DNA of 64,000 nucleotides from Squalus acanthias (lineage: Eukaryota): assembly GCA_030390025.1 (NCBI GenBank), contig CM059433.1, positions 15,998,001 to 16,062,000 of the forward strand. Reading direction: 5' to 3'. This document shows positions 1-11,132 of the stretch, in pieces (position 1 is the first letter of the stretch; each line of letters starts with the position of its first letter). The notes beneath the pieces are model-generated. The model searched no databases, was not told the origin of the DNA, and saw nothing but the letters and a program-made list of their open reading frames with translations. The position numbers and the translations under genes were made by a program.

Positions 1-800
1 TTCTCTTGGAGAGTTATAGGGCTCGAGGAGGTTACAGAGATAGGGAGGGGTGGGGCCATGGAGGAGTTTGAACACAAGGATGAGAATTTTACATTTCAGA
101 CGTTGTGGGCCCAGGAGCCAATGTAGCTTAGCGAGCACATGGGTGATGGGTGAGTGGGACTTGGTACAGGTTAGGATGTGGGCAGCAGAAGTTGGATAAG
201 GCAAAGTTTATGGAGGGTGGAAGATCAGAGAGTCGAGAAAGCTGGTGGAGAGGTAGGGCTGGGTGTCAGCATCTTACATGTCAAATCTGACGCCATGTCG
301 TTGAATTACGTCACCGAGGGACAGTGTGTAGACAAGGAAGAGGAGGGGGCGACGGATACATCTTTGGGGGTAATGGTGCTGGGGCCAGAAGAGAATTTTT
401 TGCTGTAGATGCACTGGTTATGATTGGATAGTTATGGGCAGTCCCACCCAGCTGGACAGCGGCGGAGAGGCTTTGGAGGAGAATGGATTGGTCGACCATG
501 TCAAAGGCTGCAGAGAGGTTGAGAAAAACGAGGCGGGATAGTGCACCACAATCACAGTCACAGAAAATATAATTTGTGATTTTGATTACGGACGGTTAAG
601 TGCTGTGGCAGGGGCGGAAACCTAATTGGCGGGGTTCAAACATGCGGGAAAGATGGGCACAGATTTGGGAGGCGACATGTTCAAGGACTTTGGAGAGGAA
701 AGGGAATTTGGAGATGGAGCAATAGCTTGCAAGGATGGAGTGGTGGGTTTCTTGATGAAGGGGGTGATGATAATGGTCTTGAAAGCAAGGGGGGCAGTAC
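1..800 (-). mobile_element. L2-clade LINE fragment (decayed RT)
   Basis: Minus-strand peptides MFEPRQLGFRPCHST and LSAAFDMVDQSILLQSLS; homologous to the L2 at 33530-38737. Confidence 0.8.
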
Positions 801-810
801 GTGAAACATT

Positions 811-1553
811 GGCCCAGAAATTGATCTCGCTCTGTTCCCGCGGGGGTAAGGAGCAGGCGCGATCTCTCACACCGCGTTGGCTTTTTCAGATCCAGCTCGC
901 ACGAACTTGATGTTCCAGACATCAGCTGGGCAGTGCTTGCGTATCCCACCGGCGTAGTGAATTCGTGCGAGCTGTGGGATCACGTGACTCAGTTAGAGCC
1001 AATGGCAGCACACCATCTTCCATTCATAAGTTTCACATACGTGCTGTGAAAGCTATGAATCTTACACCCCCCCAAAATAACAGCTAAACCTCAATTAAAT
1101 TTTAAAAAAAACCATCACATTAATAAAATAAGTATAGTTAAATAAATTAACCATTTTAAATAAAAAATTAAATTTTTGAAAAAATTTAAAATCTTTTAAA
1201 AAGTTATAAAAATAAACTTACCTGTCTTTAAAGTCTCTAAAAAAGATATACCTGTTAAAAAAAAATCAAAAAAATACTTAATTCACTACTTACCTTGTTA
1301 AAAGTGGGTCTTACTCCTCCTTTTTCCATTTCTAAAATCTTCCGTCCTTACCTGCGCGTCCAAAGCACTAAGTGCACAGCGTGCGCGCAGCCTGTAGCGC
1401 GCACGCGATGCACCGAGGAACCGCCCCCTTTTCCAAAGACCAAGTGCCGGTTTTCAGCGCATGCGCAGGGCATGCAGAAAACCGGCAATTGGAGAGAGAA
1501 TACGCGAGAGTACGCAGTGCGTACTCTCGCGCAGCGGGATCAATTTTTGGCCC
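811..1553 (+). mobile_element. PIF/Harbinger-type MITE, copy 1 (GC-rich arms, AT-rich core)
   Basis: TIR GGCCCAGAAATTGATC / GATCAATTTTTGGCCC, 3-bp TSD ATT (808-810, 1554-1556); close paralogue at 52307-53050. Confidence 0.88.
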
Positions 1554-1821
1554 ATTATGTAGCATATTTGCCACCTTAACCCTCAGTGGCATTTCTCTGA
1601 AAGCCATTTTATGGATGAAAATGTTAAAACATCATATGAACACTGATGCAATAATAGAGGGCGGGGGGGGGGGGGAGGCGTTTGGGAAGGGGATGGGGTG
1701 GGACAGAGATAAATGCTTATGAGAGAGAAGATCTTTCGGTGGGTGTCATCCATTACAAGAATGATAGCCGAACATGATGTTATGTTGATAGAAGAGAAAT
1801 GAACATGGTCAAAATTACACC

Positions 1822-1975
1822 GAGTTACATCGAGTCCACAGCACAGAAACAGACCACTCAGCCCAACTGGTCTATGCCGGTGCTTATGCTCTACACGAGC
1901 CTCCTCCAACCCAGCTTCATCTAACCTTATCAGCATATCCTTCTATTCCTTTCTCCCTCATGTGCTTATCTAACT
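1822..1975 (-). mobile_element. CR1-type LINE 3' tail fragment
   Basis: Tail motif acagcacagaaacagaccactcagccc, similar to the tail at 5627. Confidence 0.55.
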
Positions 1976-2681
1976 TGATAGAAGTGAATGGCTTCTAACA
2001 ACTTCTAAGCCTAGAAACTGCTGTTGCCAATATCAGCAGACAAATGTAACATATCTCCATCCGCTACTGTGGCAGATAAATAAATAAATGAGTTAATGTC
2101 TATGTTAAAATAGCAAAGCAATGTCATATGAACAAGTTAAATATTCATGGTCAATGGTAATTTAAATTAAATAATTTTCTTCACTCATTAATGGTTTTCA
2201 TCTTAAGATTTACTCATTAGAAACTGATTAGTGAGAGCTGTTGAAGGGAATTGCTCGAACACTACTTTCATTACTGGGATGGTATTTATTAGTCTATTAT
2301 TACGTCATTTGAATGGTAAGGTATTGGTGACTTTGAGGACCCCATGCAGCAAGTATTGACTGATTTTTGAAAACCATTCTTAGCTGTTTATTACCACCCT
2401 GTTAACACAGATTTGGCTGGGTGAAAATCGTCCCCCTGCAGTCCAACCGACTGACTTTGTGCATGGCTGGGACAGCTCTGCCCATAGTGCTGAAAGTCAC
2501 TACCGTCTTGAAATTCTGTGCAACTGGCTCCTTTCCACCTCTCCATGGGTAACATCTGTCATATCAGCCAGTGTGCAGCGCAACACTGCATTCATTAGAT
2601 CACCACTGCCTTATTTGCTCGGGTTGTTGTTTTTGTATCTTCGTACTCTTGGAGAACTAAAAGCTTGGTCAAAGAGGTAGG

Positions 2682-2830
2682 TTATAAGAAGGGTTTTAAA
2701 GGAGGGGAGAGAGGTTCAGCGATGGAATTTCTGAGCTTAGGCCCTAGATGGCTGAAGGCATGGCTGCCAATCATGAAGCAAAGGAAGTGGGGGATGCACA
2801 TGAGGCCAGAAGTAGTGGAAGGATTCCCAA
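2682..2830 (-). mobile_element. L2 3' fragment
   Basis: Peptide AFSHLGPKLRNSIAEPL resembles VFSYLSPNLWNSLPEPL in the L2 at about 38520. Confidence 0.6.
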
Positions 2831-3589
2831 AATGATTAACAGATGTGAACGCTCCTTCCTTGGCCATAACCACCTTTATACCAACAGATAGGGGGTCAGT
2901 CCTGTACAGCCTAGTGGTGGAGGGGGGGGGTTATGGGCTTCCACAACCAGAACAATGAGGATGGAGGGGGCCACCCACACTCACCGGATGTCAACCCAGA
3001 ATTCGGAGCCGGAGCTCCAGTCGCCACTCACCAGGACTGCCTGGAGCTAAGTTACAATCCCTGCACCTTCCGACTCACAGGCAGTACTGCTACCACTGAG
3101 CCAAAGGCTTCCTAGGGTGAATGACTTCCTCACTTTTCCACTGGGAGATTGTCATTGGCGGGAGAAGGCTACTAACTTTTCAGGGTGGCCGAGTGCAAGG
3201 CTCATCATTGGAACCCGCGTGGCCATATGGGCTTCTATTCAGAATACTCTAGGATTTATGAAGAGAATGGGTTCTGTTCAAGTAACGTGCAGGCTGTGTG
3301 CGACCTTCAGCACCCATAGACTAATTGGCCTGGAGTTTCTCTTGGGGGCACAACCGGGAAAATGTGCCCGAAATGCGCTGGACACTGCGCCGGTTTTGCC
3401 GAGGTAAAGTTGCATCCAGGTTTCCGTGCAAATTCATTTGCATAAGCCCGAGACGTAAATTCTCGCCTGAATCAGCGCAATCGAGCAGCATAATCGCACG
3501 CGATCGATTATTGGCTGGAACGTGGCCAGTGGGGCCTCTAGATTAGTGACTCAGACTAATTTGATGCCACACTCGGTCAAATGCTGCCT

Positions 3590-4302
3590 TTTAGCGCCCC
3601 GAGAAAGTTAGCGCCCCCCGTGCCCAAAATTCACTGATAGCGCCCCAAGAGGGAGGCGGGGCACCACTGGAAATGCTCCCCCTCCCTCTTGGGGAATACC
3701 AGGGAATATCACGGCGCTACGTGCAGCCGCGCCACGCGCGCCGGCAAGTGCCGTGATACTGCAAGCCTCCCTCCCCTGATTAAAGGGGAGGTTGCCTTGC
3801 GCAGCACGACCCGGGACCCAGCTGGGCCACCAGGGATCGGGGTGCCGGCAAAGGAGCCCAGCACTCAAGAGGAGTGCCAGGCTGCCCGATCGTGGCCGGC
3901 ACCCCGTGGGGGGGCTGCAGAGGAGGCCGGGGACGGCAAAGGGGGCAGGTGCTGGCAGGCTGCCAGCAACAAAAATGGCCGCCTGGCACCTCCCCTTTAA
4001 TTATCGCCGCCCTGGCCGCACATACGCCCCCATGACCCTGTCGGACATAGCGTCCGGCGGTAAGTCAGGGGGGCGCTACCGAAGTTTGTGGCTGGGGCGC
4101 GAGCGTGGCGCTGCGCATGGCAATGACGTCATTGCCGGAGGCACAGCGCCACGGGGTGCTACCGGTTACCGCCGCTGCTAACCTCCCACTGAATTTTGCG
4201 GGAGGCGTTAGCAGCGCCGTGCCCGGGCGCTAGTTGCTTTGCGCCCCATTAGCGCTCTAAGAGGGCGCTAACAGGAGGCGCAAAACAACCGAATTTTGCC
4301 TC
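3590..4302. mobile_element. Non-autonomous Harbinger-type element, CpG-rich, left end truncated
   Basis: Many AGCGCCC/GGGCGCT subterminal motifs; right end CCGAATTTTGCC homologous to ends at 17200-17260 and 40459-40570. Confidence 0.65.
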
Positions 4303-5626
4303 CTAAATGTTTTATCTGGGAGTTGATTCTTCAGAGCCACTAATCTCTGAGGGGAAATCATTTTAATCTCAAATCTTGCATGCGGATTTCTTATTTTATA
4401 CTCCTATCCTCTGGAATATCTGCTCAAGTCCTGAAGTAACTATCCATTCTTTCCACCATTTTAAAAGACCTGGATTATGTTTTTTTCTCAACTCTTTTCA
4501 AAAATGGAAACAGGGGTGAGCTTTGTTAATCTCCCTTGGAGTTCAAAATCTCAGAATCATCCTTGCTGCTCTTCTCTGAATCCGCTTCAATGCATCCAAT
4601 GTCCTTTTAGATTTTCACGAGTGTCTTTAACACTTCCAAATTCCGTCCATTAAAGACTCCTCAGTGCTACTTTCACCTCGAAGATTCTGCAGTAGCTCCA
4701 CTAGATTTGGGTTGGGGCACCTAGCTCTTACTCACAATCTTCCTGGACAAATCGGGTTTTCACTAACTTCTTAACAAATGTTGACATTTACGGTAAATTT
4801 GTGGATAAACTTCACTCGTCTAAAAATAAACTGCATATTCCAAATATATTTTTAGATAGCCACAAAAGCTTTGTGAATGTTGGACGTTAATAACTAACAT
4901 TAGTTGAATGATTCTTACTCTGAAATAAAACAGTTATTTTTGCAAACAAATCACTTACACAAAACAAACCAATTTGGATTTATTAAAGAGAGACAGTTCT
5001 TTAAAGTTGCAAAATTATTTCACACATCCCAGTGGGTGGGTGATTTGTTTTACACATTAACCAATATTAACTTGACCATCGACCTTCTCCACCCAAAGGA
5101 GAATGACAGAAATTCGAAAATGTACATTGATTTTAGACTTATTATGCAATCTGCACTTTCATGATTCTTTAATTCTAACGTATATTTTACTGAAAGTCTT
5201 AAATAATTTTAATTCCGTTTACAGGAATCAGTTGTCAGCTTCTTCTTGGCTCTGAAGAAAAAGGTTATTTTTAAAAAATTAGATCCATAACAAGTTACAG
5301 GAAAAGAGCATGAACAATGCGATTTTTCCACTAAATCAGCATTATCATGTTATGCCCTGCTCTGCATCTAATAAAAATATTGCCTTGATTTATGGTGGCA
5401 TTTAATAATTTATTAGCTTGATCTAATGAAGGCCAACTTTGGAAGCATGTTTGATAGATGCTACTTAACCTGTGACAGGCGATGAAGTGAGCTTTAGCAT
5501 TTCCTTTTGTGTCCAATAAATGACCATCGCAAATGACCTTATCAGCTCCTTATTTTTTTTTGGATACGTTATCCATATGTTTCATTCCCTTTTAACTCAG
5601 TTTTCTTGATAAGGTGAGCAGGAATT

Positions 5627-6045
5627 CATAGAGTCCTAATGGCACAGAAGGAGGCCATTCGGCCCATCGAGTCCATGCCGGCTCTCTGCAGAGCAATCCA
5701 CTCAGTCCCATTCCCCCACTCTATCCCTGTAGCCCTGCAAGTTTATTTCCTTCAAGTGCCTATCCAGACTCCCCTTGAAAACATTGGGTGTCTCCGCTTC
5801 CACCACTTCCGTCGGCAGCGAGTTCCAGGTCATGCGTAAAAAAGTATTTCCTCAAATCCCCCCTGTATCCCTTGCCCAAAACCTTAAATCTGTGTCCCCT
5901 AGTCCTTGTACCATCAACTAGTGGGAACAGCCTTTCCCCGTCTAGCCTATCCAAACCCGTCATAATCTTGTATACCTCTATCAAATCACCCCTCAACCTC
6001 CTTTGCTCCAATGAAAACAAATCCAGCTTCTCCAACCTGTCCTGT
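5627..6045 (-). mobile_element. CR1 LINE 3' end (5'-truncated)
   Basis: ORF2 C-terminus RLEKLDLFSLEQRRLRGDLIEVYK...TRGH plus CR1 tail. Confidence 0.88.
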
Positions 6046-6243
6046 GTCGCCACGGCCAGAAAATATGTAGGTAACAGCATTCAGGTGGGAATGGTGCAAG
6101 CGCCTCCTTGGTCCAAAGACAAATCTGAAGGTTCTGATACAAAAGTTATAAAGAAAAGAAAGACTCGTATTTCTATGGCACCTTTCACAACTTCAGGACG
6201 TTCCAAAGTGCTTTACAGCCAATGAAGTACTTTTTAAAATGTA

Positions 6244-8012
6244 GGGCTGGATTTTGTGGGGGGTCAGCGGCCGCGATCGGTGGCGGGTCGGGTGGGAAAG
6301 TGGTTGTTTTCCTCAGCGGGTCACGATCCCGCTGTGAACCCGCCGCCACATGCCTTTACCAAATGTTGGGTCTGTCAGCGCTGAGCAGACCCGACATGCA
6401 GGGCGGGGGAGGCAATTAAAATCATTAGTGGCTTGTTTACAGCCACTTATCAATGGTTTTTTCCCAGCTTTTTGGATTTGACAGGTCGCCCACTGGTTTC
6501 TCGCTGTGCCTAGACCCGTCTGTGAAGCTGAGGCGGGAGGTCAGTCGCCACTGAATCAGCTGATGAGTTGACAGCTTCAAATGTCCAGTCAAGGCTCCCA
6601 GCTGATTGAGAAGTATTCCCTTAACCACTAGCTTCTCTAAACTGCATTTCCACTACAGATTCAAGATGCTGCAAGTCTTTACACAAGTCTCCATCCAGTC
6701 TGACCTCATTACCTCTCCCACCACTGACAGAGCGCTTCCATCATCTCTACTTCACCTGCCATCTAATCCATCAGCATGGGAGCATTTGAAACTCTCTCAC
6801 CTTGGTCCTCAGAATCCCACCACAGTCAGCCCCAACACCAGCATCACCAACAACAACACCAACCTTCTCTGCAATCACCTGATGCTGCACAGGACAGACG
6901 GCATCAGCACCCGACCACATTGCTGCCCGGGACGCCAGGGAATGGCCTCACCATGGCCAGATTTACTTCACTTGACGCTGTACACCCTGGCTGCCACATG
7001 ATGCACCAGGTTGGCACCACCCCACACCAACACCATAAAGCATCCCTACAATGCCCAAGCCATTCCTTTCACACTCATCACCATTGCAGGGTGTACCGTT
7101 ATGCCTCACTGTTCATTGCAACTCACTAAGCCACTTCCAAAGGTGCACACGAATCTGTCGAAGAACACAAAGAGTTGAAAATAAGGTTTCAATGTTTGAC
7201 ACCACATTAACAGAAATTTTACATGAACATTGCATAAAACACCCAAGTGCTTACCCTTGTGTGTTGTTAGTTGGTATGATTGGACGAGGATGAGGGTGAG
7301 TGTGAGGGGTGGCTAGTGAGATGGGGAAGTGATAATGTGGATAGAGAGGGATGGGTGGAGGTGCAAGGTAAGTTGGTGTGAGTAAGGATACATAGATACA
7401 TAGATACATAGAAGATAGGAGCAGGAGTAGGCCATCCGGCCCTTCGAGCCTGCTCCGCCATTTAATGAGATCATGGCTGATCCTTCAATTCAGTATCCCG
7501 TCCCCCGCCTTCTCTCCGTAACCCTTAACCCCTTTTGCCTGTAGAAATATATCTAATTCTGTAGGAGTAGAGTAGGGAAGGCAGAGTGATGGGGATGTGA
7601 TGAGAGGCATAGCAGGGTGAGGTTGAGTGTGGCTTTGTACTAACGTTTTGTGATCTACTGAGATCATTGAAACGTTTGCGGCACTGCACCCAGGTTCTCC
7701 TGACCACATCTCTGCTTGTTCCCTCCTCTGCAATGTGCAACCAGGCTGTGTTGGTCTCCTGGGGAGGTCTCTTCTGCCCATGGGAAGGGAAGAGAACCTC
7801 CCGGTGTGCTGTGACTCCCTTCATAAGCAGATGGAGGGAGTCATGGGAGAGCCTGGGTGCAGCCCTGCACCTCTGTGCAGTGCTTGTCAGTGTTTGCAGC
7901 ACCTCAATGCTGTAGAACACTGACAGCACAAATATCAAAAGAAAGTTGGCCATGGTCCCTTTAAGGAAACCGGCTGATGATGCATCATCAAATGACGTCA
8001 CCAGACCTGCTT
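6244..8012 (+). mobile_element. Internally deleted Harbinger: transposase 5' remnant (+) and Myb/SANT exon 1 (-)
   Basis: Left TIR GGGCTGGATTTTG; minus-strand AAPRLSHDSLHLLMKGV...RTWVQCRKRFNDL at 7640-7880. Confidence 0.8.
7388..7560 (-). mobile_element. CR1 3' tail insertion in the Harbinger Myb intron
   Basis: (TACATAGA)n tail, hairpin ggagcaggagtaggcc...gcctgctcc, peptide ELDIFLQAKGVKGYGEKAG. Confidence 0.88.
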
Positions 8013-8367
8013 CCTGGGGCAGCACTCCCTCAGTACTGGCGCTGGGAGTGTCAGGCTGGATTATATGCTCAAGTCTCTGGAGTGGGACCCGAACCCACAA
8101 CCTTCTGACTCAGAGGCGAGAGTGCTGCCCACTGAGCCACGGTTGTCACTTAAGGGAGGCAGCATCCAAGAAATTATGAAGCACACAGAGCAGTTTTTTT
8201 TTCTCTTTCATTGAATTTTCAAGAATTTACACTCACAAACAGATTTTATGAATCCATTGTGCATTTTCTTTATTCAATGCTTTTGTGAGAGGAGCAGGCT
8301 GATGCACTGAGGCTTCTTGGTATGGTTCTGTCTTTGCTGGGAGCAATACAGGTTTAAGAGGTAAACG

Positions 8368-8798
8368 GGGCTGATTTTCCTATGATGTACACCCAGGAAA
8401 CACTGGCGTGCAGGCAAAGCATTGCCCTGTTAAGGTGGTGGCGGAGGCACCTCTCGCCCCACTTTCCTCCAGGATTGCCAGTAAGGCGCCCACCTTTAGG
8501 GGTGCCCGGAAGAAGTAGGCCTTAGGCCTTGCACCCAGCCGCTCTCTGATTTGAAGATTGCAGAGGGGAAGCAGCAAGCACACAGGAACGCAAGTTAAAT
8601 CCCTTTTTTTTTAAATTTACACGAACTTTGGGCCAGAGTTTGGGGCTGGAGGTTTTTTTGAAATATCTGAACCTGGGCAATTAAATGACCTGAACCTGCA
8701 AAAAAGCAGACGGGCTTGGATCATTGCAGATGGAGCTCATTTTGTGTACACTCCACCTGGCTCACATTCACACACAAGTCCGACAGGAAAATTAGCCC
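8368..8798. mobile_element. Harbinger-like MITE
   Basis: TIR GGGCTGATTTTCCT / AGGAAAATTAGCCC; no clean TSD. Confidence 0.55.
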
Positions 8799-10177
8799 TA
8801 TGATGCCTTTTTTTTAAAAAGTCACTGAGTATAATTTTCTGAGACCCAATGCTACCAATGGGGCCTCGCACGCAGTGGGCAGCTTATCGGAAAATCGCAG
8901 GCATATTGCCTACAATTTCCCTTCAGGCAGTCCACCTGGGATTCTCAATAAGCAGCCTGCTGCGTGCGAATCCTCACCAGTGATGTGTGTGTTGGGGCCG
9001 GTGGGGGCGGGGGGTGGGGGGGGTCTCAGGAAATATAGCCTACAATTTATTTGCTGCGTAAAGTTGTAAATAGAAGGTAATAAGTACCTTTCCACAGCAG
9101 CAGATCATGTTCTTTTCTGTTCAACAAAACACGTTGCGCTTTTTTTTAAGCCCCGTTCTGATGCACCGAGTGGCGGACTGTTTCCTCTTTACCCTCTGTA
9201 GATAAGTTGAGGCTACAGTACCAGGCAACAAGTCATATGTTTGAGCATGTTTATATTTCTTGGGCTGTTCTCCTTTTCTCATTTCTCGGACTTTAAATCC
9301 TAAGCAGGAACACGAATTATGTATGCGTATAACCAATCATGTGAAAAAACTGGGCCTTGTCAGATCAGTGCAGAATATCAGTACCCCATACCTTTGTGTT
9401 CATGCCAGCAATACAAGAACTGTTGCAGCTGCACTGAATCAATCCAAATACTTGTGTGGAATAGCAGCAGTGTAGATTTATACACCCCCCATCTCCTGCT
9501 TGTGAAGTCTCTTCCAAACCGCCATTACCTGGAACTCAATGCATCAAGTACAGAAAAATGTAAACACAAAGGCCTTGAATCCATTTATTTCAAATAACTT
9601 ATGATCTCCGCTAAGACAGTGAACAAAAGAATTTCATAAACGTTCATACACCATTATCTCATAGTATAAATTCAAGGCTGGAGTTTAACAATCCTTTGCC
9701 GAAAAGGTTTGGTTGTCTGAGTATGGAGAGGTTGTCATAGTGCTTCGAAAATTACAAAAACAATAACAAACTTTCCTAACGTTTCACCCTATAGGAAGAG
9801 GCCAGTGTCGGGAGCAGCAGGAGAGTACAGTGAGTATTTAAACTTACTTTCGCGGGCTTTTTTTCAAAGGCCGGTCAATCTCGCAGACCAGCGACAGCGT
9901 TCCAGAGCCACGCCACGATTCAAAGTGACGCAGGCAAGAGGAAGCAGCTGATTGGGTGAGTACGGCCAGGTGAGTATTTATACTACTCTATAGTTTGACA
10001 GTTAAGGTTAATAGTTTATAAAGTTTAGAAGGTCTTAATTTTTGTGGTTATACTTTCTACGGTCTCTGTTGTGTAGCGGGGAGTGCTAGTAAACAAGGGC
10101 CCTTGAGTATATCATTTAATTGTAGTGTAATTAGTGGCATTGATTTGATTTAATTTAAATTAATTAAAGGGTAAGTC

Positions 10178-11121
10178 ATGGCAGCACAGCTCGGCCCCGT
10201 GGTATGCTCCTCCTGCACTATGTGGGAAATCAGGGACACTTCCTGTGTCCCTGACGACTATGTGTGCGGGAAGTGAATCCAGCTGCAGCTACTGGCAGAC
10301 CACATTGAGGCGCTGGAGCTGTGAATGGATACATACTGGAGGATTCGCGATGCTGAGGACATCATGGATAGCACGTTTAATCAGTTGGTCACACCGCAGG
10401 TAAAGGCTGCACAGGCAGGAAGGGAATGGGTGACCGCCAGGCAGAGTAGTAGGCGCAGGCAGGTAGTGCAGGGGTCCCCTGTGGCCATCCCCCTCTCAAA
10501 CAGATATACTGCTTTGGATATTGTTGAGGGAGATGGCTTATCGGGGGAAGGCAGCAGCAGCCAACTTCCTGGCACCATGGGTGGTTCTGCTGCACAGGAC
10601 GGGAGGAAAAAGAACGGGAGAGCTATAGTGATAGGGGATTTAGGGGAATAGATAGGCGTTTCTGCGGCCGCAAACGGGACTCCAGGATGGTATGTTGCCT
10701 CCCTGATGCAAGGGTCAAGGATGTCTCGGAGCGGCTGCAGGGCATTTTGGAGAGGGAGGGTGAACAGCCAGTTGTCGTGGTGCATATAGGTACCAACGAT
10801 GTAGGTAAAAACCGGGATGAGGTCCTAAAAGCTGAAAATAGGGAGTTAGGAGGTAAATTAAAAAATAGGACCTCAAAGGTCGTAATCTCAGGATTGCTAC
10901 GAGTGCCACGTGCTAGTCAGAGTAGAAATAGAAGGATATTTCAGATGAATACATGGCTAGAGGAATGGTGCAAGGGGGAGGGATTCAAATTCCTGGGACA
11001 TTGGAACCGGTTCTGGGGTAGGTGGGACCAGTACAAACTGGACGGTTTGCACCTGGGCAGGACCGGGATGGATGTCCTAGGGGGAGTGTTTGCTAGTGCT
11101 GTTGGGGAGGGTTTAAACTAA
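10178..11121 (+). pseudogene. CR1 ORF1 (Cys4 motif, coiled coil, SGNH/GDSL esterase) with stops and a frameshift
   Basis: MAAQLGPVVCSSC...CGK*; IVIGD, VHIGTND, DGLHL esterase motifs. Confidence 0.9.
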
Positions 11122-11132
11122 AATGGCAGGGG

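Larger units (their letters stand above)
6150..8140 (-). mobile_element. Deu-type tRNA-headed SINE split by a Harbinger insertion (tail 6150-6243, head 8015-8140)
   Basis: Minus-strand head GTGGCTCAGTGGGCAGCAC...GGTTCGGGTCCC with A/B-box-like motifs; same family as 57408-57640; tail matches 46600-46700. Confidence 0.65.

Noticed and set aside
9088..9336. Minus-strand ORF / possible exon GFKVREMRKGEQPKKYKH...
   Set aside because: No recognisable homology; splice phase is not consistent with neighbouring candidates
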